In this document: piece by piece, positions 63,369-64,000 of the stretch
How the letters are laid out: each line of letters begins with the position of its first letter
Position numbering within the stretch: the stretch's first letter is position 1
Notes under the pieces: model-generated
The model's input: the letters and a program-made list of their open reading frames with translations, nothing else
Database searches by the model: none
What the model was told of the DNA's origin: nothing
NCBI GenBank assembly: GCA_030390025.1
Contig: CM059440.1
Coordinates: forward strand, 15,810,001-15,874,000
Length of the DNA: 64,000 nucleotides
Source: Squalus acanthias
Lineage: Eukaryota
Reading direction: 5' to 3'
Program-made: the position numbers and the translations under genes

Positions 63369-64000
63369 GCACTTGTCAAAAAATGTGACTTTGTGTGGTA
63401 GGCTTCTAATTAGGGTGGAATGCACTTTGGAAACTGCAAAGACACTCAGAACTTACAGTTGGAGGACAGTGTTTTAAATTGATTTTTCTATTAAATTGCC
63501 CATTGGTATATTATCTACAACTAAGACTCAGTTTCTCATTCAGCTAACAAGTGTCCATTTCCTGTGAGTTTTCAGTTGCTAGATGCAGCTCAAATTCTAC
63601 AAACTGGACATTACATGGATCCCACAGGCACCGTTATAGTGTCTATCTTTGGTTTGGTTCGGTTCACAGTCTGGACTTGATGTTGTAAACAGTTTTATCC
63701 CCTTATCTGCCACAATAAGCATATTACTGAGATGCATTTATTTCACTTTAAGGGTGTGTTAGGTTGCAAGCTCTTTGCAAACAGAAGTATAAAATCATGT
63801 GTCCAGTGCATATCCATTACACTTCAGACATCCACTTCAGATATCACACTTCAAAATTCCAAAAAAAAGGAAGGCCAGTCATTTCCTGTTCATTTTTCTG
63901 ACCTTGATAACGGGCTTCTCCCGAAGGGCAGGAGCGAGGGATTTACAACATTCTGCAGAAACTGCCCCCAACAGTCAGCCGCTGTGTGACCTCAGGATAT

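Larger units (their letters stand above)
1..64000 (+). other. Probable long intronic region of an unidentified + strand vertebrate host gene
   Basis: No long cellular ORF. Apparent T>A and G>C bias on + (judged by eye). Several strong polypyrimidine-AG acceptors and GTAAG/GTGAG donors on +. Confidence 0.45.

Noticed and set aside
405-63989. The many 60-175 aa ORFs in the supplied track
   Set aside because: No recognisable domains; many use non-ATG starts, overlap repeats or have low-complexity composition. Only the LINE-derived ORFs are meaningful.
1-64000. CRISPR array, operon or other prokaryotic system
   Set aside because: No regularly spaced repeats or gene-dense architecture; the sequence is vertebrate non-coding DNA.

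Overview
AT-rich, CpG-depleted eukaryotic DNA with no long cellular ORF. The repeats point to a cartilaginous fish (shark-like) genome: CR1/HER1-like tails, Deu-domain SacSINE1-like pieces, Penelope-type palindromic repeats and Harbinger MITEs. By eye the + strand is T/G-rich and carries most of the good splice signals. The window is therefore most likely the long 5' intronic part of a + strand host gene that I cannot name, with a few candidate non-coding, micro or alternative first exons. The only clearly protein-coding remnants are retrotransposon ORF2 fragments: a young 5'-truncated RTE LINE (17831-19205) and CR1/L2-group fragments. Well-defined elements include an hAT MITE with an 8-bp TSD, a Tigger-like MITE with a TA TSD, and a Harbinger-type element with a CAT TSD that splits a SINE. 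There are also about 13 copies of one ancient tRNA-SINE and one LF-SINE-like copy. The most interesting hypotheses are hammerhead-ribozyme relics in Penelope-type foldbacks, recursive-splice-like YAG|GTAAG sites and a uORF-rich candidate exon. Repeat family names come from my recollection of consensus sequences, not from a database search. I cannot claim a verified novel system.
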